A stretch of DNA of 41,808 nucleotides from an uncultured Nitrososphaeraceae archaeon (GCA_963837175.1 CAWIMJ010000030.1:1-41808); one strand, 5' to 3'. Positions 9,403-19,657 are shown, numbered from the stretch's first letter. The notes: generated by a model not told the origin, from the sequence alone. Numbers and translations are program-made.

Positions 9403-11275
9403 TCAAGCAATTGTTATTTTTTCTCCATTAAACTTAGTGAAATCGAAGGTATGTTTCTCTTCATATATAACTTGTTCTTGCCTAAGTAATTCTATTGCAA
9501 CCTTCTCACCAAGCAGGATGGACTCATAAAAGTCGCTCCAATAGTGAACACCCGCAAAATTCCTACCAAGGCCAACGTTACCAACTAGCTTGTTTAGTTC
9601 ACCACCCACTGTTAATTCGTCTTTGTCTGAGCCATGGAATCGTTCAAGCCTTGTACCGGCTTTACTTGGTATAAAAGCATTGGGGAGGACAAATGTCTCG
9701 TCAAAGTATGCCTTTAGGATTGTTGCCATAGCGCCAGAGGCAGTAGCATGACCTGCACCATAAGATGGATGAGGCGGACAGCCTTGAGGAAACGCCATAG
9801 GTAGCAGAAATGAATCATTTTTCTTAATCTCTGATTCATCAAATACATTAGATTCGAGTAATTCACGCTTGATTGGGTAGTCTTTTTTACCAGTCTTCTG
9901 ATTATGAATAAGTCCTCCAAATTCCTCAGGCCTTAGTCTTCTATGTACATAATATTTTTGGAACCATACTGCCCTCATTGCAAAAGGTAACACTTGGTTG
10001 ATAGCGAAAAGAGGAGTAAAAGGTCCAAAGTTAAACAATGCATCCTGGGTACGTGAGTCTTTGTATGGGTCACCGGCATGAAATGGAGCACTGCCTCCTC
10101 GAAGTATGGCTGCTGGATCAGGTACTACTCTCATACAAGGAACTTCTTGATGTAATAAGACCCAGGTTGCGATTGTAAATTCCTGGGAGGGAAGATCGTC
10201 GTATTGAACCCAATTGGCTAAATCTCGTCCATAACGCATAAACCGTGGGGTAGTATCGTATTCATTAGAACAAAATTCACCGCTTCTGGGATCAAAACCA
10301 TTTTGTACTCTTAGCCATTGCTTAAAGTCAGTAAGATGATCACTTCCTTTCTTTAGGGTTAAAATTCGTTGGTCCATACGATTACCCCATCCAATTATCA
10401 CCCATCCATCTTCTGGCTTTAGATCAAAAGCCGGGATCTTGGTTCCCTGCAAAGCAAATTGAGAGACGTATGGCCCCTTTTGTGTTCCTGGCAAATTAGG
10501 ACGGAAAATGGTATCTGGAGTGACTTTACCGTTTCTTTTAGGACCATGGAAATTACGAAAAGATGACAAGTCGTCTGCTGCCTCGTTCAATCAGCTTGCT
10601 ATCTTCATATTCATTGGTATTTATATCCCGCGCTAGTGCCATCCAGTACATTTCAGCCATTTCGCCTGCACCCTCGATTGAATCAATTCTAGGAGCAGGT
10701 GGTATAGCTAGTCCAAATGGATCAGGACCCTCTAGAGGAAAAGTCAATCCTCCAACAGGATTAAAGAGCTTGAGACCAGAGGCCCTAGACTCATCAGCCA
10801 GCTTGACCCTTTCCCAATCTTCAAACTTGCCACTCCTTGCTGCTCTGAGGAAGGTTTCATACGCTTCTCTATCTACCTCACCTAATTTGTTATGAGGTAA
10901 CGCTTTACTATAATTAGCAATGTAGGTACGATGACCATTCTCACGATAATCATCTTCCTCACCGTTGTTTGGGTGATCCGGCCATGGTATACCATAGGTC
11001 CTTTCAGCAGATCTTTTACGTATCTCAAAGCCCATTCTTTTACGCTCTGATTCACTCATTGGAGGGGTACTTGTAGAGCGCCCTCCTCCCGATGCAAAGG
11101 CAGATTGAGTATTACTACCGCCACCACCATTTCCTCCCATCTTAAAGAAACCCATTCCACCGAGCGCTAGACCTGTACCGCCCCAAAATATGGCTTTTAA
11201 AAAGTCCTTACGTGTAATACCGTTACTGTCTGTTGTATTACTATTGTCGTTTGATGTAATATTTCTGTCTGACAC
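9403..11275 (-). CDS. Vanadium-dependent haloperoxidase (bromoperoxidase-like) with Tat-type signal; single +1 frameshift at ~10585-10590
   Basis: WFQKYYVHRRLRPEEFGG, PPHPSYGAGHAT and GRNFAGVHYWSD vanadate-site motifs. The N-half has YSKALPHN and EMAEMYWMALARD. Signal ITRKDFLK plus h-region plus AFA. About 623 aa when joined. Confidence 0.92.
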
Positions 11276-11516
11276 TCCTTTGACAATTCAATAAATGTTA
11301 TAAAAGCGTTGTTATCGATCGGTAATATCATATTTCTTCAAACATATTAACAAGTATATGGCATAAACACTAATTACTATCCTTTTTTTAGTATTGTTTC
11401 CAAAATAGGAAACATCTATAGTTTTTTCACATTAGGCATAAAGTAGCCATGAATTTTCATAACAAAAATAATATTACAATGAGGATCAGAAAATAACAAA
11501 AAAATTAAAGTTGTTC

Positions 11517-11870
11517 TTATGCTCTAGTGTGGCTTTTATTAATTTCTGTTTCAATGGCTAATCTGAGCTGATCATCGTCTTTATCCGTATAATCAATTCC
11601 TAGAGTATCGGCAATTGATTCTAGCTTTTCTCTACTTGCACCTGCATTTGTAGTAGATGAGCCGGATGTTCCCGCATTTTTCATTTCACGAAGTTCTCTT
11701 TTTGCTTCAATTCTAGCCTTTTCAAATTCTGAAGTAGCTTTACCGAAACCTCTTGCAAGATCTGGGATTTTCTTTGCACCAAAAATGAGAACTACAACGA
11801 TTATAACAATAAATATCCACTCAAAGCCTGAAGGTATCTGCATCAACATATTTATAGGTAATATTTCCAT
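11517..11870 (-). CDS. tatA: Twin-arginine translocase subunit TatA/E
   Basis: EWIFIVIIVVVLIFGAKKIPDLARGFGKATSEFEKA. Confidence 0.95.
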   Translation of the reverse strand: MEILPINMLMQIPSGFEWIFIVIIVVVLIFGAKKIPDLARGFGKATSEFEKARIEAKRELREMKNAGTSGSSTTNAGASREKLESIADTLGIDYTDKDDDQLRLAIETEINKSHTRA

Positions 11871-11902
11871 TCAACATTCATATTAAAAGGAATAATTTAA
11901 GG

Positions 11903-11930
11903 CTTTTCCTTTAATACTTTTCCTTTAATA
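11903..11930. repeat. 14-bp tandem duplication (cttttcctttaata x2) in the tatC-tatA spacer, near-inverted to tattaaaagga at 11881-11891
   Basis: Seen directly. Confidence 0.8.
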
Positions 11931-11934
11931 CACT

Positions 11935-12783
11935 TCACAAAATCTCAAGAGTTTTCTTCTTCTCTCTCCTTCTAATTGCCAGCATACCTAGAAGATATAT
12001 GATAATCATAGGCAATGCGAGAAACCACATAGTAATTCCACTACCATCTGGAGTTATCAATGCACCAAAAATCACCAAAATTATAACGGCATACCTAAAG
12101 TTCTTTCTCCAAAATTTTGAATCAACTGCACCTGTCAGAGATATAGCATACATTACAACAGGAAGCTCAAAGGCAATTCCAAATCCTAAGAAGAATTGCA
12201 ATACAAAGGAGATAAAATCGTTGATATTAAGAAACGTCTCAACGCCTATGGCGCGACCGTAATCATATAGAAAATTAAGAGTAAATGGAATTACTATAAT
12301 ATAAGAAAATAAAATACCTATTATAAATAAAGACACAGTAGGGACAAACACATTCATTATTCCGATTTTTGTGTGTTTTCCAATCGCAGGTGAGATAAAT
12401 CCATATATTTCTTTGATAATTATTGGCATCGAACCAATAATGCCAATTAATAGTGAGACATACACATTAGCAAAGAATGCTTGCCCGGGAGCTGTTTGGA
12501 TTAGTTTTACCTCTGGTGGAAGCAGTGTATTTTGCATATATTTGGTAAGCTGAAGAGCAAAGTTTCCAAAGGGATCAGGATAAGGATAATACAATTTTAG
12601 AGTGATGGCATTGTTATTGTTATTGTTATTACCATCTAAATCAATTGTAATCGGTTTTATACCTATACTCATAGAAAAAATGGTAATAATTACAAGAGAA
12701 ATTACAATATGGAGTATCCTTGAGCGTAGCTCATTAATATGCTCAAATATAGACATCTCAGTAGACATAACTTCGTTTAACAA
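11935..12783 (-). CDS. tatC: Twin-arginine translocase subunit TatC
   Basis: EHINELRSR, FISPA, FGIAFELPV and ITPDGSG motifs with about 6 TM helices. Confidence 0.95.
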   Translation of the reverse strand: MLNEVMSTEMSIFEHINELRSRILHIVISLVIITIFSMSIGIKPITIDLDGNNNNNNNAITLKLYYPYPDPFGNFALQLTKYMQNTLLPPEVKLIQTAPGQAFFANVYVSLLIGIIGSMPIIIKEIYGFISPAIGKHTKIGIMNVFVPTVSLFIIGILFSYIIVIPFTLNFLYDYGRAIGVETFLNINDFISFVLQFFLGFGIAFELPVVMYAISLTGAVDSKFWRKNFRYAVIILVIFGALITPDGSGITMWFLALPMIIIYLLGMLAIRRREKKKTLEIL

Positions 12784-13027
12784 ACAAAGAATATATTATG
12801 AAATATAATAGTGTGTCGTTTGATATATCATTAAAATAAATTAACTTTGGCAATGATGTTATAATTAATATAGTTCTAGAGTCTTTCTTGATACACTCTA
12901 TATTGTGAAAAAAAGAACCTATCTTCTTGACAGAACCCTGATATTTTCACCATGAGTTATCATCGTGTATCTTTCTCCTTTTCTTCAATCTGACTTAATA
13001 TATGAAAGGCTTCACCTGACAAATTCA

Positions 13028-13517
13028 GGGAGCAAATCAGCTAAACATAAACTTAAAAAGATATCAGGTAGAAAAATGTTTCAAGAAAGATACAAATCAC
13101 GTTATATCAAAAGCCATTATCTCAAACGCTAAAGGCACAACTAGAGATATAGTGTCAGAAGACTTGAAGAATATTCGTCAGAGTTTAGAGCAACGGTTAA
13201 GGATAAAGCTCACAGACATTCAAATTGGGCATTTTGATAACTCGAGATTTTATAGAATATAAAGCAAAAATTAGAGTTCCTTTGAAGATAATAAGTTCAA
13301 AGAATACTTCAAGAAATGTCCTCAATGTAGATACATAGACCAAAGAAATAGAAAGACACGTGATACTTTTGAATGTCTACAGTGTCATTATAGCGAAATG
13401 TCTGATTACCTGGCTCGCTTTGAATATAAGAAATCGGGTTCTAGTCAACGAGCTTATTGTAACACCTCTTTTCCCGGTAGTTACAAGCCCCTTTGCCTTA
13501 GCAGGGGGTTAGTTGAC
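13028..13517 (+). mobile_element. tnpB: Decayed IS200/IS605 (IS1341-type) tnpB with preserved right end
   Basis: GSKSAKHKLKKISGR / FKKDTNHVISKAIISNAKGTTRDIVSEDLKNIR (RuvC-II E), HSNWAF** ...IEYKAK, CPQC...FECLQC Zn finger, DYLA/LNIRNR. Ends with acaagcccctttgccttagcagggggttagttgac. 5' part missing, with stops and frameshifts. Confidence 0.85.
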
Positions 13518-13748
13518 CTGACAGCAAATGAAAATAATATGATAGATGCAATTACAATATATTTAGTTACTTTCCCCAATGTTTTCTATTATTATAGATA
13601 ATAATATTTGTCAAGGATTAATTATTACTCAATAATGCTTTACAAACTAATATTAGATACATTCTAGTATCATTGCAATAATACGCCATAATAATAACAG
13701 TCAAAGATTATAAGTATAATAGAGTCAATAAGCTTCTTTGTTTTAACA

Positions 13749-13931
13749 ATGTCATCAACAGTATCATCTAACGAAGATGCAAACATTACTGATAATAGTA
13801 CTAATGCTCAACAAGATAGTGGACAAACTACAACAGCAGGACAAGGTTATACAGTTAATTCAAAAGCCAAACACAAAAAACAACAGCAACAACGACCACA
13901 AGAAAACGAACAACCAGCAAACCAAGAGTAA
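13749..13931 (+). CDS. Small hydrophilic low-complexity protein
   Basis: 60-aa ATG ORF rich in Q/N/T/S, with upstream ttataa and downstream T-rich tract. No recognisable domain. Confidence 0.45.
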   Translation: MSSTVSSNEDANITDNSTNAQQDSGQTTTAGQGYTVNSKAKHKKQQQQRPQENEQPANQE

Positions 13932-14553
13932 AAGATACTTTCTAATTCTTTTTTCATATCTCACGTTCTTTAATCTAGTCATTTGACATAAATTCATCAA
14001 TGCGTGAGTGAGTATACCAGAAATTGAGTATAATTCATCAATCCCATTCATTCAGTGAATATACGTAATTGACGTTGGAATTTTTCACGTTGATGTATAC
14101 ATTTTTCATACTTTTGTATCGCGCCATTGCGATTGCAACACATTATTTGAAAATTATCCTATCCTTATCAGAATATCCACCCTTACTGCGGAGCTTGTGG
14201 TAAAATGATATCCCTTCATTGCATCTAAGTAGTTACAATGTGCCACTCATCATTATGTATAGGGAATAAGAAGACCACAATAGCAAGAGACATGGAAAGG
14301 TTTGCTAATATCACTAAATGAATCAGAGAAATCTAACACTCTTCTGGCTAATTTGGATAGGAATACTACTCGTATCAGTTAGTACTCTAAGACATGCGTT
14401 GCATATATCTCTCTGATTTATTAATATAAAACTGTTAGAAACAAGATTATAGAGATTTAAACCATTCAATTAACTATAGTTCTAAGAGATAGTTTGATGG
14501 TTCTAACACCTATTTTAGAAAGTCTTAACTACTAGCTATTAACCATTAGATTA

Positions 14554-15258
14554 TTGTACAGTAAGAGTAAACTAACACTTTTGTCTACTTTTATGACAAT
14601 AATAACTGTTTCAATGTTATTGGTTGCTCTTCCTCATAGTACTGACGCTATTACTCATCAACAACAACGACAAGCATTAGCACAAGCAAATGATAATAAT
14701 AAGAATGATAAGAATGATAAGAATGATAGTATTTTCAGGATATATGAAAATCCTGCTTATGGAATACAAATTCAATATCCTTCTACTTGGATAATATATG
14801 CAGGTGATACGTTTTCCGATAATGATGCTTCTATTGATATTGTTTCATTCCTTGGTCCAGTAAAAAGTGACACAAAAGAATATGCGCCATCTCTTTACAT
14901 ATCTATAGAGAATCCACGACCACCCAATCTAAATTTAAACTTGAATGAATACCTTACTAGAATTACTAATGATTATGAGGCTAGACTAAAAGAGTTCAAA
15001 GTCATTGAATCTAATTCAAATAGTATTCTTGCGGACAAGCCTGCATACAAATTAGTATTTACTGATGAAGAAGATGAAATTTACTATAAAACTATGGATA
15101 TTGGAACAATCATTGGAGATAAAGTATACTTACTTTCATATACTGAACAAAGAGAACAGTATCCAGATTACCTACCAACAGTACAAAAGATGATTAATTC
15201 ATTGAATATAACTACATCTAACAATGGATTGGATACTGGGGCTTCTTCCGCTGTATAA
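14554..15258 (+). CDS. Secreted PsbP-related domain protein
   Basis: Signal peptide, YENPAYGIQIQYPSTW, LADKPAYKLVF and KVYLLSY...YLPTVQKMINSL typical of thaumarchaeal PsbP-like proteins. 9-bp tandem aagaatgat x3 at 14701-14727. Confidence 0.85.
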   Translation: MYSKSKLTLLSTFMTIITVSMLLVALPHSTDAITHQQQRQALAQANDNNKNDKNDKNDSIFRIYENPAYGIQIQYPSTWIIYAGDTFSDNDASIDIVSFLGPVKSDTKEYAPSLYISIENPRPPNLNLNLNEYLTRITNDYEARLKEFKVIESNSNSILADKPAYKLVFTDEEDEIYYKTMDIGTIIGDKVYLLSYTEQREQYPDYLPTVQKMINSLNITTSNNGLDTGASSAV

Positions 15259-15328
15259 GATTTAAATGAAATAAAGAAGAGGCTGTGCTGGACACAGAAA
15301 TAATTAATGGTGTCTCATTCGGAGCCAA

Positions 15329-15453
15329 GGTATTACAGTTTCTAAAATATTGCAGTAACCAATTCAGCCAAACGCCAGCAAGCAGCAAGATAATTGTTAC
15401 TTCTACTATTCTGTACTATAGTCTATGAATGGTATCTCAGAAACTGTAATACC
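15329..15453. mobile_element. MITE-like 125-bp element with perfect 15-bp terminal inverted repeats
   Basis: ggtattacagtttct (15329-15343) and agaaactgtaatacc (15439-15453). Non-coding interior, no convincing target-site duplication. Confidence 0.6.
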
Positions 15454-15985
15454 AATAATAGTATGAGTTTATCTATTATTAACTTTAATTGCAATTGTAA
15501 AGCTGACCAGGTATCGACGGTAAATAATCATGCAGTATATATTATGTTTATGTAAAAATTGTTAGAATAGAACTACTAACTTTCGCTCTTGTCATCGTCG
15601 TTAGAACTAACAAATAATAGTACACTCCTGTTAGAATCAAAAATAGAACTTCTACTATTTATTGAGGTATGCTATGAATATTATACATAATAGTATATTA
15701 CAATATTAATTATAGACATTTTTATTGTTTACTGATAAGAAATTGAATAATAAATTCTTATTCCCTTACTGTGATTAGTCTATTTACAATCATCATCAGG
15801 CAGCAATATCAATAGATGATAGAATCATGCCATAACTCGTTGTCTGTCTCACGTATATACATACATCCAAAAAAGATAACAATAAAAGCGTGGCGAAGAG
15901 GTTTCCTTGAGATTCTAACCCTACCATCGAGTTCCTTGTTGTTTTTGCTGGTGATGGAGGTATTTCTTTATAGCTATTTAAAAAG

Positions 15986-16112
15986 CATTTTGCTACTACT
16001 AATTCAAAGTTAAAAGGTAATAGTTTTTCTATTATAATACTCAAAAACAGTAATTAAAGGAGATTTAGTTGCTTTCAGTTGTATCTTCTATTATATGTAA
16101 TAATATTTTGTC
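15986..16112 (+). repeat. Degenerate dispersed repeat, copy 2 (copy 1 at 7012-7125)
   Basis: Same ordered blocks as copy 1. Confidence 0.7.
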
Positions 16113-16292
16113 CAGTTGCTAAGACGACAACGACGACGACAACAATCGCCATTAAAGCAAAATAATAATAGTTAAAATAAACAAGAGGAAAAGAGAAGAG
16201 TTAGAAAAACTTAAGATGACAAAAAACAATTTTGTAATATGACAGACTAATTGATTCAATTTTTCTCCTTTCTATATTACAACTCTTGCATA

Positions 16293-16524
16293 CCATTACT
16301 ATGAAGTATACGTTCAATTCTCCTGGCCGAAGGTCTTATAAGGACTGGCTGCGTGATGTACAGATGTCTAACAAAAAAGAACATCCACAAAGATATGGCT
16401 GGTGGATAAGCGAACTATCTTCTCTTGGAATCAAAAGAATGAGAAGAAATGATATGAGGGATAGAAAAGAAATTACTGACCTTACTGAAAATATAAAGCA
16501 GACTCTTTTTCAAGAATATAAAAC
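16293..16524 (+). repeat. 232-bp near-identical direct repeat, copy 1 (copy 2 at 20289-20521); overlaps 84-aa ORF 16286-16540
   Basis: The 3' ~175 bp are identical apart from an A6/A7 indel. A few substitutions occur in the 5' part. Confidence 0.95.
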
Positions 16525-17717
16525 TGTTTATAACAAATAGTAAATCATTTTCTCTATACTTCGATTAATGCATATTAATAAACTGCTTTTCAAGAACAAT
16601 AGTTAGTAATCTAACGAGGATACATGAATTAATGTTATTATTACTATATGAAATACCGTAACAAAACGAATAACTGGTTTTTTGAACACCAAAACCAATT
16701 GCAATTATTATATTGTATTTTTTGTATTTCATTTATCTTTGTGGCCATATGCTTTGCTATGATGAATCCTATCATAGCTATCACTAATGCAAATCTGCAG
16801 TCATTGTAGGAAAACTAAGTAATTGTGGTAAGCCTATACCAACTCCTACAAAGAACATTATGGAACCAACTACGTAAGTTAAGGAGCATGTATATATGGA
16901 CATAAGGATTCTTCCTCTTTATTACATAGTAATCATCTTTGCCATAGTCTTTCTCCACATAAAATAGCAAGGATTCCTTAATAAAGGCAGGATTTACTAC
17001 TATGTACTTCATACTTAACAACAACACTACAACAGACATTTTCTAAAAAACTTGGAATAGATCTTTATGTAGCCCAAATTATTTTTGAAGAGGCTAAAAA
17101 CATGAGATGTTGTCACCCCTGCTGCAGCTTTGCGATCAATAAAGATAATTATTACAATAATATTCGTTATTTGCAATTATTATCCAATGAACAGAATATA
17201 ATTGCATAACTTATTCATTTAATGTTATAATTATAATGCTGGTAACGGGATTCAGTAGTTTTACATATCTATACATTCTGTGGTTCAGTCAGAACTACTA
17301 GATGCTTAGCTAGTATTTTGCAATAATCAAACATCTTCTTTATCTAGGTCCATTTAGAGTTTATTTTGAAAGCTGGAGATAAGGATGCTGTTTTAGATCT
17401 ATAATTTTATTTGTAAATCACAAATTGCAGCCAAGGATTTGAAAATAAACATATTTGATGGCATACCAAGGAATGTAATAATGAAAATAATACTATCTTA
17501 ATAGATCCTAAATGGTTTCATTATTGTGGTACATCATCTTTTTGCTTTAGCAAAAATGAGAATGTTATTGCTGTTGTCACCACCAGCAGATGCAGAAGAA
17601 GATTCTCTTTTCCCCTCTTCCTTCTTCTATTCGTTTATATTTCATATAGACTGAATAACATAACTTAGAGGCTGTCTGGGTTTAAACTTTATTAATTCCT
17701 CCTCGAATCAGTAATTA

Positions 17718-18077
17718 ATGGAAAATGAAAAATTACCCGTAGATATCATGAATATTGACCCAAAGATTCGATTGGTCACTATTTGTGATATCAATGGCAA
17801 AGTAATGTTCTCTAATCACCGCCAAGGTGTAAAGAATTTGCTCAGTCCGGAGGAAAGCAAAGAATCACTTGAGTTAGCTGTTAATTCATGGAAAATACGT
17901 AGCAAACTTGCACCAAAGATTGGAAAAGGAAAATACGTATTGGCTGAATATGAAAAGATTAAACGTATCACTATGCCGCTAGGCGACGATCATATTCTCT
18001 ATGTTACCACAGAACCGGAAGCTGATCATTCAAATATAATCAATAGGGTTCATAGCTTAGAGGCTGGGTTAAAGTAA
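17718..18077 (+). CDS. DUF6659 / roadblock-LC7-like thaumarchaeal protein
   Basis: IMNIDPKIRLVTICDINGK...LLSPEES...IGKGKYVLAEYEKIKRITMPL...LYVTTE. TATA-like tttattaa upstream. Confidence 0.8.
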   Translation: MENEKLPVDIMNIDPKIRLVTICDINGKVMFSNHRQGVKNLLSPEESKESLELAVNSWKIRSKLAPKIGKGKYVLAEYEKIKRITMPLGDDHILYVTTEPEADHSNIINRVHSLEAGLK

Positions 18078-18098
18078 TAAATATTATGACAATCAGAG

Positions 18099-18120
18099 AT
18101 TTTCTACAGTTGTAGAAAAT
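18099..18120. other. Perfect 10-bp inverted repeat attttctaca-gt-tgtagaaaat
   Basis: Seen directly 21 nt after the DUF6659 stop. Confidence 0.6.
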
Positions 18121-18135
18121 AAAATAAAATAAAAT

Positions 18136-18315
18136 GGTAGTTCAGACAAAAGTTGGGAAAATGCTGCGCAAGTTGCAGTAGATGAAACTAAAAAGGACAA
18201 TACATGGAATTAGAGGAATAGAAATATCAGATATATGACTGCAAGAATAGATCCTAGTAGTGGCGAGATTATAGAATATCGAGCCTGTATTAAACTCTCA
18301 TTTGGAGTAGACACT
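18136..18315 (+). pseudogene. Dodecin-family flavin-binding protein, frameshifted
   Basis: GSSDKSWENAAQVAVDET / KRTIHGIRGIEISD / MTARIDPSSGEIIEYRACIKLSFGV. Two frameshifts and a damaged N-terminus. Confidence 0.8.
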
Positions 18316-18727
18316 AAGGGAAAAAAGCATAACTTTTCACTTTAAGGTCATGTTAGAAACTGTCGATATAAAATCAATGAACCTTCATAAAACTTATAGA
18401 GACGGCTTCTGGAAAGAGATAGATAGATTGAAACATTGCAATGAATATTTTCAAAGTATCTTAGTATTAGAAGAATTAGTATTAGAAGAAGGTAACATGG
18501 TATGTGATACTATTACTAATAACCAGTAACAACAGAAAGAGAGAAAGAAAGGATAGAACACAAACTTCTTATTCTGATAGCGATATTGTTGTTTATTTGT
18601 TTGAAATCGAAAGCCTTATTCATCAACCAGATAAATGGACATGATGATGGAGGAGGACTAGGGCAGAGAAGATACTATATACTACAATCGTTTTTTATTA
18701 TAAAGTCTAGAGTAAGTTGAACAAAAA

Positions 18728-18931
18728 ATGATTGAAGAAGAAAATAAATCATCGTTATCGTCATCAGAGGAAGAAGATGATACTACTAAGGCAGAAAGAG
18801 TTGTAAAGTATAATGAGAAATTTAATGTTCCAGAACAAACTGAAGAAGAAGAAGCAGAGACTCATGAAAATGCTGAAGTAGAAAATTTAGCAGATAATAA
18901 CAAAATAAAACGTAGAAAAAGTGGTCTCTAG
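18728..18931 (+). CDS. Small acidic hypothetical protein
   Basis: 67-aa ATG ORF with TATA-like ttataaa about 25 nt upstream. Confidence 0.55.
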   Translation: MIEEENKSSLSSSEEEDDTTKAERVVKYNEKFNVPEQTEEEEAETHENAEVENLADNNKIKRRKSGL

Positions 18932-19351
18932 TTTGCTAAATATGACGCTAACTACAAGATAGGGCAACAGAAGATAGAGGCTTTGAATTACTCTGGATAA
19001 AAGAAGGATATGAAGAACTATTTATTACAGTTTATCTTGTGTCTAGCAGGAAAATATGAAGAAATTTTAACAAACTAGTTCAACGCTTAGGCAGCGGACA
19101 CATCAACTATAATTGTTATGATGACTAGATAATATCATAGAGTCTTAGTAACAGAAGACTGATAGCAGGCAGAAGAAGCGGAATTATTACTAGGGAAAGA
19201 GAGGAAAGATAGCAAAATAGATTATAGATCTCTAGCCGATGTCTATCTTAAAGAAGCTCTGTCTCTAAGGTGTTTAGTAAAAATTTATAAATTATATCAA
19301 AATGTAAAAAATTTATTTAGAAATCCTTTTAGTTCCGATTACTATTACTGT

Positions 19352-19657
19352 ATGAAATATCGTAGCAATATTGACATAATTATACATATTCTAGGAATCT
19401 GTTAATAGTCGTGGGGTGATACCGGATTAACTAAGACGAAAATCATGTACAGCGTATTTCTATCTTATGTCCAGCTGCAAGGATATCTGTCTGATCTAGT
19501 GGAAAAAGACTTGATAGAGGAGTACCAAAAATAATTGGAAGAAGAGGAAGAGAAAAAAAGGAAGAGAAAAGCAACGACCTTATTATTATTATTATAGAAT
19601 AATAGACAAGAGAACACGTTTCTTATATATAGAGATCTTTATGAAGTGGCTACATAA
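19352..19657 (+). pseudogene. Winged-helix regulator (ArnR1/HTH_45-like) pseudogene
   Basis: MKYRSNIDII..IL / GLTKTKIMYSVFLSYVQLQGYLSDLVEKDLI / YYRIIDK..RFL, with stops and frameshifts. Confidence 0.8.

Noticed and set aside
9403-10590. Plain PAP2 acid phosphatase
   Set aside because: The length, N-terminal YWMALARD region and HRRLRPE/HPSYG motifs match the algal/cyanobacterial haloperoxidase type. Activity remains untested.
10563-12808. Plus-strand ORFs over the haloperoxidase and tatC
   Set aside because: Antisense to well-supported genes and without motifs.
13028-13517. Possible Cas12f/type V effector
   Set aside because: No CRISPR array nearby, and it ends in a typical IS200/IS605 right end, so it is a decayed tnpB.
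16646-16903. Possible frameshifted two-TM microprotein on the minus strand (MSIYTCSLTYVVGSIMFFVGVGIG...)
   Set aside because: Requires a frameshift and has no recognisable family. Too weak to call.
18099-18117. Resemblance of attttctacagttgtagaa to the Cas12a crRNA repeat handle
   Set aside because: Single copy, no spacers and no cas genes. It is explained as a simple palindrome.
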